From Eledone cirrhosa (lineage: Eukaryota): a stretch of DNA of 64,000 bases. The notes below the pieces were generated by a model that had not been told where the DNA came from, did not search any database, and was given only the letters and a program-made list of their open reading frames with translations. Location: the NCBI GenBank assembly GCA_964016885.1, contig OZ024742.1:306218001-306282000 (forward strand), read 5' to 3'. Both the position numbers and the translations under genes were made by a program. Shown piece after piece: positions 39,446 to 53,990 of this stretch; positions within the stretch are counted from its first letter, which is position 1; every line of letters begins with the position of its first letter.

Positions 39446-39960
39446 GTTGTATTCCTGTCTGTTTGTTTGTGTTTGTTTGTTTGTTCACCAACTACTCCAA
39501 TGGTTTTGGAAATAGAGCCCCATAATCATATATATTCTGAAACTACATTGTCCATAGTACTTGGATAAGCATATTTCATTTTAATCAAAGTGTTTCCCGG
39601 GGTCACAAACCTCGCTGAAGGTTTTTTTTCCCTTGGATTTATATGAAATTTAAACCATAGGTAAATAACAAGATATGATGCGTATTCACAAAATTTCAGC
39701 AAATTTCAATAATAGTAAGTCACCCCAATAGGGTTTAAACCCCTATTAGGGTTCCCCGGAAGCACAAACCCTCGCTGAAAATCTTTTCCCTCCGATTCAT
39801 ATGAAATTTAAACCATATGTTAATGAGAAGATACGATGCCTATTGACAGAATTTCAGCAAATTTCAATAATATTAAGAAGCCTGATGAAAAGGTTTTCCC
39901 TTCGATGTATATGAAATTTAAACCATAGGTGTAATGACAATATATGATGCCTTTTAACAA
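39440..39960 (+). mobile_element. Possible non-autonomous Helitron-like fragment with internal tandem repeats
   Basis: Starts TATAAAAA…(GTTT)n…AACTACTCC; ~2.5 diverged internal units. No diagnostic 3' end seen. Confidence 0.35.
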
Positions 39961-40127
39961 AAGGTTTGAAGTGATATTTTGAAAAATATTATTTACAAGA
40001 AACAAAATAAGATTTAATAATGTAATTTTGATTTGATATATAACAAAAAATAATGTAGTGGCATACTTTAGTCTGGATCTGACTACCGAAACAGCCGGCG
40101 CTCAGCCGTCGGGGTCCTGACTCTTTT

Positions 40128-40218
<91 letters not shown>

Positions 40219-40309
40219 CGAAAGAAATGTGGTAAGGAACCAGGTGGACCATAACGTACCAAAGTACTCAATACTTAGGGTAGTAGAGTGGGTAATAGGA
40301 ACAAGTAAG

Positions 40310-40401
40310 ACCCCGACGGCTGAGCTCAAGCCGTTTCGACGGCTAATTGTACTGAATGAAAATTTATTCTGGTATTTAAATAGCCGAACTTATCAAGGGG
40401 T
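40310..40401 (-). ncRNA. F3 hammerhead, U3-A8 core (TTGATAA)
   Basis: Same fold as 17042-17135, with perfect ACGGCT/AGCCGT stem III. Confidence 0.8.
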
Positions 40402-41008
40402 AATTCCATATATGGTCAAAGAGATAATCACCAGGATTGGTCACATCACAAGTTAGTAGTAAATCTGTGATGGCAAGTTAGTGGGGGAAGGGGTAGCTAA
40501 ACCTGTCGGTAGGAGAAAGAGGGAGAGGGGGTGGAGTAGACCCATTCATGCGTTGGTAGTGCCAGCTACAGCTGGCTGTGAGGTCAAAGAGGATACTGGA
40601 GAGGGGGAGGGGGAGGAGGTCGAAACGGTAAGTAGAACAATGAAAGGTAAAACTATAAAAGGTACTGAGAGAGAAAAAAAAAAAAAAAAGCAAAATCTGG
40701 TTACTAAGACATAAGTCTCTCGCTATAGCTAGGCTAAAGAAATACATAAATAAATAAATAAACAAATAAGTGAATAAAAGAATAGATAAATAAAAAAAAA
40801 ATATATATATATATATATAATGTAGAATAAAAAAATAAATAATAAAAATAGAAATAAACTAGGTGGGACGGAAATAAAGGGACCCTTATACGAGGTATAA
40901 GTGCGTGTATCGTACGGTGACGGGTCAACAAAGGGGGAGCCAGAATACTAAAGAGACTACCACGAAAATAATAAAGGTTTCTACACCAATCACAGGGCCA
41001 GCAACCAC

Positions 41009-42618
41009 TGAAGGACCACAAATCCGATTTCGACCGTAACCCATCTATCAGGCTTATAAACCCAACGAAGTCCGACATAGGGAGAATCAGCAAAAAAATC
41101 CTAGACCGCGTGATACCAAAAGTCAAGCAACACGCCCGGCTTAGCCTATGGATCAACACCCAGGAAGTTATCTCATGGTTCAGCAATTTGGAGGATAAAC
41201 GAGACACTAAATTTTTCAGTTCGACATAGAGAGCTACTATGCTTCAATCACCTTACCGCTACTTACTGCCGCCTTGGACTTCGCCGAAGCACTTGTACCC
41301 ATCACCGACCAGGAAAGAAAAATCATCCTCCACGCCAGGAAGACATTCTTACTCTTTGACAACTCCAAATGGATAAAAAGAGCTCCTGACTCACCCTTCG
41401 ACGTCAGCATGGGCGCTACGGATTCGGCGGAGGTCACAGATCTTATAGGATTATTCCTTATAGCCAAACTCACCGATATGTCTCCTGCTTTTGGTGGTGG
41501 ATTGTACCGTGATGATGGGCTACTTACTCTTAAAGGGTACAACCCCAGTAGTACAGATCGGGTCCGTAAACAATTAATCAGCTTCTTCCGCGACTGGGGA
41601 TTTAAAATAACCCTACAAACGTCCCTGACCCGAGTTAATTTCCTGGACGTTACCCTCGATCTCAATAATGACATGTACTACCCATACAGGAAACCCAATG
41701 ACAACCTGCACTACATCCACCGCCGATCTAACCATCCAAGGAACATCACCAACAACCTGGTCAAAAACATCTCCCTCCGTATATCCCGTTTGTCAGCTAA
41801 TGAGAAGATATTCGATGAACATGCGTCTTACTACAACCAGGCCCTTAAGCGGAGTGGTTTCCGGGAGGAAATATCCTACTGTCCAGCTCCCATTAGACGA
41901 ACCAGCAGGCGACATCGCCGCTCACGCAATGTAACATGGTTCAATCCTCCCCACAACGCCGAGGTGACAACTCCCATCGGGAAAATTTTCTTTAGGCTCA
42001 TCGAAAAACACTTCCCACCACAACACCGCTACCACAACATAATTAACAAAAATACCATCAAACTCTCTTACAGCACTACACCTAACTTCGCACAAAACAT
42101 CGTCTCCTCTAACAACAAAAAACTCAACCCCGATGGAAGAAACAACCTAAATAGCAGTGGAGAGCCGACCAGGAGGTGCAACTGTCCTGATAGATCCAGT
42201 TGCCCCCTCGACAACAGATGCAGAGACCGTAATGTGATCTACCAGTGCAACGTGAGCACGGACACCTCCAACAAAGCTTATATAGGATTAACCGCATGCG
42301 AATTCAAGACCCGGCTATACCAACACAGACATACCTTCCGAAACCCGGCCCGGCGTCACGCCACTACACTTTCGGGCCACATATGGGACCTCAAGGACAA
42401 CAACATCAACTATGATCTCACTTGGAAATTACTGTCCAGAGCCAACTCTTACACGGGAGGACGCCGTCCGTGCAATTTATTGCTCGGAGGAAACATTACA
42501 AATGCTGTTTTCGACGGACCAACTCCTAAACACGAAAGATGAACTGGTTACTGCATGTAAACACCGATTACGTAGGACTTACCTCGCCCTCAAACCCCAT
42601 AATGACCCGGGGTGGTAG
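41009..42618 (+). pseudogene. PLE RT + GIY-YIG, 5'-truncated, two frameshifts (about 41215 and 42480)
   Basis: KDHK, IRLINPTKSDIG, FDIESYY, FDVSMGATDSAEVTDLIG, LYRDDG, NFLDV, SNHP, WFNPP, CNC..CPLDNRC, NVIY..AYIG, LLNTKDELVTACKH. Confidence 0.95.
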
Positions 42619-43820
42619 ACTAGGGCTATAACACCCTACTTGCCTATTTTGTAATGGGTAACCCCTGCTTGCCAATGGAGACGTAAGATCTTCTTTTACA
42701 TTCTTTTATCGCTTCCTCTATATTTCCTCCTTCTCCCCATCCCTCCCTAGTCATTCTACCCCAGTTCCCTTTCTTTGTCGTCGTCTTTTTCTCGCCCACC
42801 CGAGGTAGCCCATCGGTCATTTGTAGCTTCAGCACCCCCACCCCTCCCCTATAATATTATGATAGATTTGACTGACTCCGCTTTTTATAGCGGAGGTGTT
42901 AGACTTCGGATACTCGCCCCCTTCTTCGACCGCTGTCCCTTTTTTCCATGCCTTCTATATTTCTTAGTGGCATCTTTGCGTTAATTTCTCGTTTATCCAG
43001 TATTTTTTTCTTCTTTTTCCCTTTTTTTTTGGGGGGGGGGGGTATTCCTGTATTAATTTTCCGTTCTTTACTTTTACTTCGTACGATCTTTCATGTAGCT
43101 TGTATAAGACTTTTTGTTTCGTGGCGGTACCCTTAGAGTTAGCACTAGTATTTTTTTGCGGGACCCTGATTTATATTCTCGTACTAGTTTACTTTCCTGC
43201 ACTGGGTGGTTGCTGGCCCTGTGATTGGGGTAGAAACCTTTATTATTTTCGTGGTAGTCTCTTTAGTATTCTGCCCCCCCCCCCCCCCTTTGTTGACCCG
43301 TCACCGTACGATACACGCACTTATACCTCGTATAAGGGTCCCTTTATTTCCGTCCCACCTAATTTATTTCTATTTTTATTATTTATTTTTTTATTCTACA
43401 TTATATATATATATATATATATATTTTTATTTATTTATCTATTCTTTTATTCACTTATTTGTTTATTTATTTATTTATATATTTCTTTAGCCTAGCTATA
43501 GCGAGAGACTTATGTCTTAGTAACCAGATTTTGCTTTTTTTTTTTTTTTTCTCTCTCAGTACCTTTTATAGTTTTACCTTTCATTGTTCTACTTACTGTA
43601 TCGACCTCCTCCCCTCCCCCTCTCCAGTATCCTCTTTGACCTCACAGCCAGCTGTAGCTGGCACTACCAACGCATGAATGGGTCTACTCCACCCCCTCTC
43701 CCTCTTTCTCCTACCGGCAGGTTTAGCTACCCCTTCCCCACTAACTTGCCATCACAGATTTACTACTAACTCGTGATGTGACCAATCCTGGTGATTATCT
43801 CTTTGACCATATATGGAATT

Positions 43821-43914
43821 ACCCCTTGATCAGTTCGGTTATTTAAATACCAGAATAAATTTTCATTCAGTAGAGAATTAGCCGTCGAAACGGCTTGAGC
43901 TCAGCCGTCGGGGT
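43821..43914 (+). ncRNA. F3 hammerhead with mutated core (TTGATCA)
   Basis: Same fold; position 8 is C. Confidence 0.6.
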
Positions 43915-43922
43915 CTTACTTG

Positions 43923-43976
<54 letters not shown>

Positions 43977-44126
43977 TATCCCGGTTTCAATCGGGGGTAA
44001 CCACAGTAAGGTACTCAATATGTATATACATATATATATATAAATATTGAGTTCCTTTGAATTTATGGATGCTTAAACCAATGAACGTGATGTTTAAACC
44101 AATAACCACACTAAGTAAGGTAGTCA

Positions 44127-44198
<72 letters not shown>

Positions 44199-45059
44199 AT
44201 GTGTGTGTCTGTCTATGTTAAGGAATATGGAATAATTGACATGTATAATGTAGAAAATGGTTTGTGGAACTTCTATCCTCACCGCCATTTTTGGCAGTTT
44301 AAATATGGGATCCATGAGCTAGTGGGATGACCTTCGTATAAATCAGTGTTTCACAAATGATCAGATGGTATAGTGCCCACTATTACTTTCACTCCCTAGG
44401 CTATTTAATGACGGCATATGTTTAGTAGCTAATATAAAACAAAGGTTGGTGTAAGATGAAAAATGTTATGTTCGTTATGTTTGGTATGTTACTGATTTTC
44501 CAGATATTTTCGGGATTCTAGAAACCATGTTAGGGTTCATTGTCTAATCAAATCGCTTTTGCATTCCGCTTTTATGGCTCCGAGATATGATATATTTTCG
44601 CCCTCTTGATTTTCTCGCCAGTGATTTGAAGATTAAGTTAGCAAAATACGTTGAGATATATTCTGTCTTCGAAGTATTAACGAAATACTAAGATTATCAC
44701 CTGCAGCAGTAATAGCTGCCGTTATCTGTTGTTCTTGGTATATATTTCATCGTATTTCGTATTTTTCATCTCTGCGTGTTTGACTATAGAGATTGTGAGT
44801 AAATTCATGTAATCTACATGTAAGTGGTGGCTTGTCGCTGTCTATGGAGTCAGTGTAAATGTGTTAATGGATGTATAATTTTCTTTCGTACTTTTATATG
44901 GGTATGTGTAAGGTTGTGGATGTGTGTCAGTGTATTTGGAAATTTGTTGGTTAGAGTTTGTAATTTTATGTGCATATATGCATAATGATGAATATGTATG
45001 ATGACAATTCCTTAGCATATATATCTATATATCTATATAATTATATGAGCGATGAAAGG

Positions 45060-45265
45060 TTGAGGGCGATTCACTATGAGGCTGTGCTTTGGAAACCACA
45101 AGCAGTCACTAAAAACAGGGGCCGCAAGCTCTCCTATCCGGATGTCATCCCCAGATGTTTTGGTATTGAAATCCAGGATTTGGCGGCGGCAATGAACGAC
45201 AGACCAACATGGAGATCAATTGTTGAGTCCATTTCGGCTGAGGTTGCCGGATGGTGATGATAATG
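45060..45265 (+). pseudogene. RTE-like LINE 3' end
   Basis: VLWKP…RGRKLSYPDVI…AMNDRPTWRSIV, followed by a (TGA)-like tail. Confidence 0.7.
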
Positions 45266-45364
45266 TATCTAGATCTTAGTGACCGCTAGATTGACAATAC
45301 GTGTATGCAATTACTTATGTATGAGTCATTCCATGTGAAGTGAAATTATGATTATGTACATACA

Positions 45365-45697
45365 GTACTGGAAAGCGGCTCAGCGACCGTATCTGTATCA
45401 GTGAGCTGCTCAACATTACCAAATTTGACCAATTACATCAATTGTCAAGTCAAGAGTACTCAAATTATAAAGCCATATAAAAAGATCGACTCGTGGAGTG
45501 AGAAGGTTAGGCTTGGAAGGAAGGTTGGCTTGTAAGAAAAGCAAAGGCCGGCAGCCAACATGATGGCTTGACAATGTCAATTTATGGACTGGACTTGATC
45601 TTGGCTCTTTGAACTTTGCTTCTGGTGATCGAACTTTGTGGAGAGAGATATGTTAATGCGCAGTCTGCAATTGGTGGAGTTTAGCGTCACAAGAAGA
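45365..45697 (+). pseudogene. RTE-like LINE 3' fragment
   Basis: Reverse-complement homologue of 54575-54900. Confidence 0.75.
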
Positions 45698-45865
45698 CAT
45701 GCAGTTATTTGTTTATGGACGTACACTTATATGAAAATTCCTGTCTTGAAAAATAAATATTAGAATTGATATAAGCGTATAACCTCGCCCCCAAAGGCAG
45801 TGCCCCAGAATGGACTCACTTAAATAGGTACAATAATTTAAAATACAAAAGAATTTCCGATTTCG

Positions 45866-45926
<61 letters not shown>

Positions 45927-45962
45927 CATACACATGTATATGCACGTATCTATATATGTATA

Positions 45963-46109
<147 letters not shown>

Positions 46110-46350
46110 CATAATATGTATTATGTCATCATCGGTAGAAATAAGATCCATTCGGCGCCCGTTATTCCATGCTTACGTGTATATACACAGAGATAACGAT
46201 AACTGTGACGTCAGTGGCGCTGCTGCTGCTGCTGAACATGATGTCCATTTTAGGGAGAGAGTGAAGTACAGAAAAACACGTTTTAAACAAAATTGTAAAA
46301 GACAGTGTTTTGTATATATATTCTGTTTTAAAGCAACTGAAACCCTCTAA

Positions 46351-46389
46351 GTAGTAGTAGTAGTAGTAGTAGTAATGGTGGTGGTGGTG

Positions 46390-46425
<36 letters not shown>

Positions 46426-46459
46426 GAAGAAGAAGAAGAAGAAGAAGAAGAAGAAGAAG

Positions 46460-46489
<30 letters not shown>
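46351..46489. repeat. (TAG)n(TGG)n(TAG)n(AAG)n compound trinucleotide repeat
   Basis: Direct inspection. Confidence 0.97.
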
Positions 46490-46490
<1 letters not shown>

Positions 46491-47111
46491 GTTTATTGGA
46501 TGATGGAGCGTAGCGGTCGGAGTAGTAGGAGTGAAGAAGTAAAGGATGATTAAAAATGGAGGTGAAAGAGACAACATTTCTGCATCGATCGAAAGACAAG
46601 GGAGATAACTTATGAGCAAGTTATGTAGTTAAGCTTACTAATCAAGGGAGCGACAGAGAATAACGGTGGGAAGAGACCCCTGAGAGCAAACACTCCAAGA
46701 AACTAATAGATTACAGAAGCTTATACACACAGAGCAAATATGTAGAATATCATATACACACATACGACACACCTACGCGTTGTGTTAAAATTGTACAAGC
46801 AGCTGGATTTTTTTACGACATACGCTTGCTCAGACATAAGCACACATTTGCAAACACATACACACGTTTACACACGCATACACACACGTATAAATCAAGT
46901 AAACTAAATAAATATAATAAACAAATAAACTAAATAGATACAATAAAAAAATATATATAATGAAGAGAAAATAGGAATGGTAGTCAAGGATTTGGAACTG
47001 ACAGAATGACATGTAAAGAAAATGAAAAGTCATGAGCGAGTTTGAGGTGGTAAAAATAAATCTTTCACTTCCTCCCCATCCTCATCCTTTTCGCTGTACA
47101 CACAGATATAC

Positions 47112-47208
<97 letters not shown>

Positions 47209-47267
47209 AATATAAATATATATATATATATAAATATATATATATATTTATATAAATATATATTTCT

Positions 47268-47335
<68 letters not shown>

Positions 47336-47462
47336 ATGTATATATCAGCGTGTGTACGTTCGCACGTATGTGCAATCTCGTCAATGCATACATACACACA
47401 AAAGCGCACACATGCACATGTACATACACACACAAACACACACACACATACACCCCCCCCCC

Positions 47463-47494
<32 letters not shown>

Positions 47495-49019
47495 AATACA
47501 TACTTACAGCAAATAAATGATAAGAATATATGGTAAATGAAAGTAACTAAAATTATATTATATATTTTTTGTTTGTAAAATAGTAAAATTGAAATAATAA
47601 AATAAAATGCTATTTAGAAAATGAAAGGTGTTATCTATTAAACGGGGGAGCAGAGAAATTTGAATGGAAGAGATTCTACCATTCGAAACAAACATTGCAT
47701 TAAATAAATGAAAATAAGAAGAAAAGTAAATAAATTGAACACATATAAAGATCTGGAAAGAGCCAGCATATTTTGATAACTTTTTTTTTTCAGAATTTGT
47801 TCTCTTTTTTATTGACATTAGGCACACCTTCAAGAAGCAATGTCTATAGTAGGGTCTCGTTTTGTATTAGTCAAACATAGGGAAACAGCTTGGCAATAGC
47901 TAGATTAAATATAATCAGTAGAATTCGAAGTTGCTGTTCGTTAAATACCTTCGAAGTCGGTGTCTACAATCCATTCGATAGGAAACAAATATGTAGTATA
48001 GTAGTAAAATGGATCACGTGCATTCGTCACGTGTATATTCCATCTCTAAATTCTATGAAAAATTGTGACGATATTTATTTTGATATTTATATTAAAATTA
48101 TGCCAAAGTGTAAATTATTTCACACATTCTCCCATCATGTTGTGCCATTGGCAAACACAACGTCTTTCTGATCTAGAGTCCGAGAGTTTGAATTCCTAGA
48201 TTTCTAAAACACGAGTAATGGAATGTGACTTTTGAGAACTGCAATATCTCTGAACTCGAGGGGAAAAAAAACATATTTCTTATCTCTGACATTTTGCGCT
48301 AGATATTTCTCATCTCCGTGGTATACAACAACCCCACGGAAAACATTGTATGATGTTTCACAATCTACTCCAACACCACATTTCAGGCACATTTTATATA
48401 TTCATCTGGTCCTTGTAATTTCGAGGATAAACTTGGGATTTAATTTTTCTAATAGTTCTCGCATGTAGATAAGTCATAAAGATATTCTGACAGTTATACC
48501 CTTCTCAACATGGTATTCGTTTCTTCAGTGAAATCGAATCACGTGTTTATAAGTGCATTACTGACTTTTTACTCTGCTAAAGATATTTGTTACATTGTTG
48601 TTATCGTTATGTAATCAGCCTGATCAAACAAGCATCTGGTAGCCCTCAGTGAGACTAGGATTTCTGACACTCACATACTAGCCCTTATTTTGGACAACTT
48701 TTAGAAATACGCTACAGGATACAAATTAGGGACCTACATGGTCGACCTTGATTGAACTCATAGACAGAGAATCGTTTACTGGAACTTAACTCGTTGTTCA
48801 CGGTGAGTAAATATTACAAGGACCGGGTATGCACATTAGTTAAGCGCAGTTGTCAAGGGCAATCGTCTAGAGCAGTTAGTGGAGAGATCTCAAGAGAGCC
48901 ATTAGAGTAGAAGTAATAGCTTTTCTTATATTAGTAGCAATAGAACAATAAGCAAAATATAGAGGAGAGAGGGAGTTATTATCTAAATTAGTAGAGGCAA
49001 GTAAGAGTGACATTGCATC

Positions 49020-49330
49020 CGACGTGTTAGCTACAATATTGGTTCTAGATCATTTCTTCAATGCAAAGCACGAATGTTTCATTGTTAGAACTAAGTCCAG
49101 TTCTCTAACACTCGATGGAACAAAAGCTGTCCGATTGGCCCATGTTCAGCGTGGCAATAAAACCACAATTCATTCTTTACGAAACAAATGTGTTCGACCT
49201 GTACGACTCAAAGCAGATATGTGCTTTTTTCCAGCAGCACTTTCCAAGACTGTGCGAAGCAAGCGGGGGTAGTGAAATGGTGATGGGGCATAGTTCCTAC
49301 CATAATGGCCTGTTGTTGGTCTCGGCGGAA
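49020..49330 (+). pseudogene. Degenerate LINE AP-endonuclease remnant
   Basis: ILVLDHFFNAKH resembles the GDFNAKH motif. Confidence 0.35.
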
Positions 49331-49843
49331 GTTACGAGGGCTGCAAAGAGCCAATAACAGCAGCCGAGAAAGAGGAAGCCCTAAGCGGCTGCACGAGACG
49401 CAAATCATCTGGTTTGGATGGTCTAACACAGGCATGACAAACGTGCGGCCCTTTGAAAAGCACACCTGCGACCCGCACAAAGGCTTTTACAGCGCGAGCA
49501 TGTTTAATCTTCGTAATATAAAATGTTTTAAATGTGTTGTAATGTGCACAATTAGTTGTGGTATGTGACCCAGGTGGCCCTCGGGGAAGCCTAAGCTTGA
49601 AATGCCTGGTCTAACATACGTATTTTACGTATACCTGCCAGATATATTATCCGATGTCCATGAAGGTGTCTACTGCAAATTAAAGCAGAACAGGAGAATT
49701 TCCAGCTCTGAAATTTCCAGCTCGGGGTGGAGCAATTCTGATATGAGATAAGACCAGAACAAGGAAGACTGATAACCTCAAGATTCGTAAAAACGCAAAC
49801 ATTCACAATATATATTTATATACACCCACACACACATATATGT

Positions 49844-49972
<129 letters not shown>

Positions 49973-51097
49973 CAATATCGGAGAAAGCTTTTTAGAAGTG
50001 CTCAAACTGATTAAAAAAAATGAGGAAGTAAATTACCGCCAAAAAAACAATACATGCGCATGACAATGAATTCTGAAAGGAATTCAGGCCACGTGCTAAG
50101 AACTCAATTGGAAATTGAAAAAATATCTATGTGTGAACAACATTTGATGACACACACAGATATTTTCTCGGGCAAAATAACAGAATGAGATATAAGAAAC
50201 AATCAATATTCATATATAAAAAATAAACAAAGAAATGCTAACCTTATACCGGGAATTTTTTCAAATCTGTTACTCCAAGAGTAAATAAATAAATACAATA
50301 TCGGAGAAAGCTTTTTAGCGATACTCCGGCCAAATTCCAACTCACTCAACAAACATTAAGAAATAAGTGATTATATTCCCAATTATGCGTTCCGGGTGCT
50401 AACTAAAAGTATATATATGTATATATGTGCGTGTGTATGTGTTTGAGTGCGTGTAAATGTGTGTGTGTATATGTATATAATTTTATTTCGTTTCACTTTA
50501 TTCCTCCAAAGTATCTGAAAGTGAATACTTTTTCCTAATTTTGATGGACGTATTGATACATTTCGTTTCTTTTTCCAGTGTCATTTCTTTTTCATCCCGT
50601 GACAATGGTTGATATATTGGGTCTTATCTCTTCACTGATTGACTTGACTTGGTGTCTTATATAGTTTGGACTTTATTAGATTTCATTTTGCTATTCTGTT
50701 GGATTCTACACTATAGGTTTTGGTGGTGATTATTTGTAATCTTACATATATGCATATTTCCTGATGCTCATCAGTAGGTGTTTGATACAATCTGTTCATA
50801 TAACTGACCGCCAGAATAATGACCAGTCAACAAATTTGATGTCCTTTCTCAAATAAATTATTCATCAGCTAAAAACGAATATGTTTATCGTGTTTGGATT
50901 TCATGTAAAACAAGGGATTCTCTTTCAAAGGGCTCATTTCTTTACTGGTTTTACTCATAGACTGAGCCTATACTGATGGAAGACTTTGATTTAATAGATC
51001 TTATCGGAACCCGGACTTATTTTTGAAAGCCTAACATACATTTTATCAAGCTAATTTAAATTACATCATTCACAGAAAAGGAACACATGCAAACACC

Positions 51098-51302
<205 letters not shown>

Positions 51303-51311
51303 CTGTGTATG

Positions 51312-51360
<49 letters not shown>

Positions 51361-51362
<2 letters not shown>

Positions 51363-51584
51363 TAAAATAACAGATTAAAGTTTAAGCAAATAATCGCTGC
51401 TTTCACCTATAACGGGAATTTCTGAGTTTCAGAAGATCCCGTTAAGGGTGAAAACAGCTTCTTTGCTTTAATTTTAATCTGATATTTTAATAAATATTTG
51501 CTCACTGGTTTTTATATATTTGATGTATATTCAACCTTATCGAGGCCTCTTTGGATTTTAGTCTTCACATTTATTATTATTACT
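51361..51584 (+). mobile_element. F1 mini palindromic element
   Basis: Inverted head centred at about 51427 (TCTGA-GTT-TCAGA), followed by the F1 tail. Confidence 0.85.
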
Positions 51585-51614
51585 ATATATAAATGTGTGT
51601 GTGTTTGTGTGCGT

Positions 51615-51888
51615 GGGAGGTAACCTAGGGGTAAGGGTGTTGGACTTACGACCATAATGTCGTGGGTTCGACTCCTGGGTTTTGTGTTGTGTTCTTGAGC
51701 AAAATATTTCATTTCAGGTTGCCCCAGTACATTCAGCTGAAAATGAGTACCAGTAATAGTTGGCAGTGTAATCCTGCAATGGACTGGCGTCCTGTCCAGC
51801 AGGTGTGTCTTATTCTCTCAGTCGCTTCACGCCATGAAACTGGTATAAGCACCGGCCAAATGAGCCTTCTGGCTTAAGATAGACTTTT

Positions 51889-51890
<2 letters not shown>
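51615..51890 (+). mobile_element. tRNA-derived SINE with CORE-like central segment
   Basis: B-box GGGTTCGACTCC; GTGTTCTTGAGCAA; CCTGCAATGGACTGGCGTCCTGTCCA; truncated copy at 57322-57485. Confidence 0.75.
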
Positions 51891-51978
<88 letters not shown>

Positions 51979-52110
51979 GTCGAATAATATACACCATTTC
52001 ACCAGTACCACAAAAATAATTACTGGTCCAACCCACCCCGCCGCACACACAAACGTGTATGCGCACACACGCACATATATACACACACGCGTACATTAAC
52101 ATACAAAGAG

Positions 52111-52194
<84 letters not shown>

Positions 52195-52891
52195 CTCCGT
52201 ACACACTCCTCCGTATAAGACAGGAGCTGAAAAATATCTTTTAACATGTTAAAATATCCCCCACACAGTTACAGACACATTTCTACTGACCATCCCTCTA
52301 CCACGAATTACTCTGTTACACACACACACTTGTCTTAATAGGCATTTGAACTGTCAACAGGCTGCAGTTCGCACACACATCCCTGCTGACCATTATCACA
52401 ACAACGAACCTCTTTACTACTACTACACACACACACATATTTGTTTTGAAAGACTTATTTTTCAGTGACTTCTCAATCAGCCGACAAAAATCTACATTTG
52501 GCGCAAAATCAATTTTTAACATTCACATGACCTCTACCGACCAATCAAAATTGTTTTGACCACAAGAATTTTTGCAACACGAATTGGCGCAAAACTTATT
52601 TTAATACCGCTGGAGCCACTTTTTTAACATAAAAACAGGTAGAATTTTCGAAACTAATCAGATTAGAGCAGACATCATGGACGCTCTATCTCAAAATTAT
52701 TTTTGAAAAGCATTAGAAATGCGCAACCGGTAAAACTTAAAACCAAAACTGAATACTAACCAATACTATTACTAATTCTTACTTATTCCTAATTAAACTA
52801 TTTTTCACTGTGAACAATTTGTCAGAAATTTCTTTTCCGTTTACCAATACAGCTTAACTTGTGTGTTACACCTCGATTCTTTTAAATATGA

Positions 52892-52922
<31 letters not shown>

Positions 52923-53383
52923 GGCTGTTATATATATATAGTTATAGAGGTATTATTTACGCTTTAATTTATATTTTTAATTATCGTGTGTATACTCTGC
53001 CTTGAATAGGTTATAGATTCCATACACTGGTGATTTTTCCCTGTTTTATTGATAGCGTACTCTAGTGTGTTACCTTTTCAACATATTGTATTTTAAAGAG
53101 CTCAGGATTGCCTCTCCTTTGAGCACATTATTTACAGGGAATGACGAGTGTCTATGGCTCCGTTAATGTATCGTGATATTTCGCTCCTTATAACAGTCTT
53201 TCCTCTCTCTCTGTTTGGTTGAGCACACTTCTCTGAGTGGTTTTGGGCTGCCCTTTCTAGCAGCTCGTCCCTCAGAGGCCAATGGTTCACTGCCCTTAAA
53301 CACGCTGAGACTTCTCCCTCCAACGTGTAGCTGGAAGGTCGCTTTAAAAACTCTCTTAGTGTTGTCTGAAATGTATAGCCTTA

Positions 53384-53463
53384 CAAACGCTGATGAACCG
53401 GGGTTATTTCATTTCTTTCAACAAGTTACTGGCGAAACAGATCACTTTGGATTTGTACGTGTT
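53384..53463 (+). ncRNA. Type I hammerhead (array copy 1)
   Basis: CTGATGA; CCGG/CTGG stem II; GAAA; ACAGATC/GATTTGT stem III; GUA site after 53457; stem I imperfect. Confidence 0.8.
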
Positions 53464-53911
53464 TTATATAGTTATAGAGGTATTTATTTACGCTTTAATT
53501 TATATGTTTAATTATCGTGTGTATACTCTGCCTTTTTTAGCTTATAGATTCCATACACTGGTGATTTTTCCCTGTTTTATTGATAGCGCACTGTATTTCT
53601 CTCTAGTGTGTTACCTTTTCAACATATTGTATTTTAAAGAGCTCAGGATTACCTCTCCTTTGAGCACATGATTTACAGGGAATGACGAGAGTCTATGTAT
53701 CGTGATATTTCGCTCCCTATAACAGTCTTTTCTCTCTCTCTGTTTGGTTGAGCACATATCTCTAAGTGGTTTTGGGCTGCCCTTTCTAGCAGCTCGTTCC
53801 TCAGAGACCAATGGTTCAATGCCCTTAAACACGCTGTGACTTTTCTCTCCCACGTGTAGCTGGACGGTCGCTTTAAAATTCTCTTAGTGTTGTCTGAAAT
53901 GTATAGCCTTG

Positions 53912-53990
53912 CACACGCTGATGAACCGGGTTATTTCATTTCTGTCAACAACTTACTGGCGAAACAGATCACTTTGGATTTGTACGTGTG
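53912..53990 (+). ncRNA. Type I hammerhead (array copy 2)
   Basis: Stem I CACACG/CGTGTG; CTGATGA; 7-bp stem III; GUA site after 53984. Confidence 0.88.

Larger units (their letters stand above)
40217..43925 (+). mobile_element. Penelope-like retroelement, family F3 (coding parent of F3 minis)
   Basis: Left arm 40217-41008 (with tail) is inverted relative to 43206-43925 (no tail); RT-EN inside; (TA)n flanks. Confidence 0.95.
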
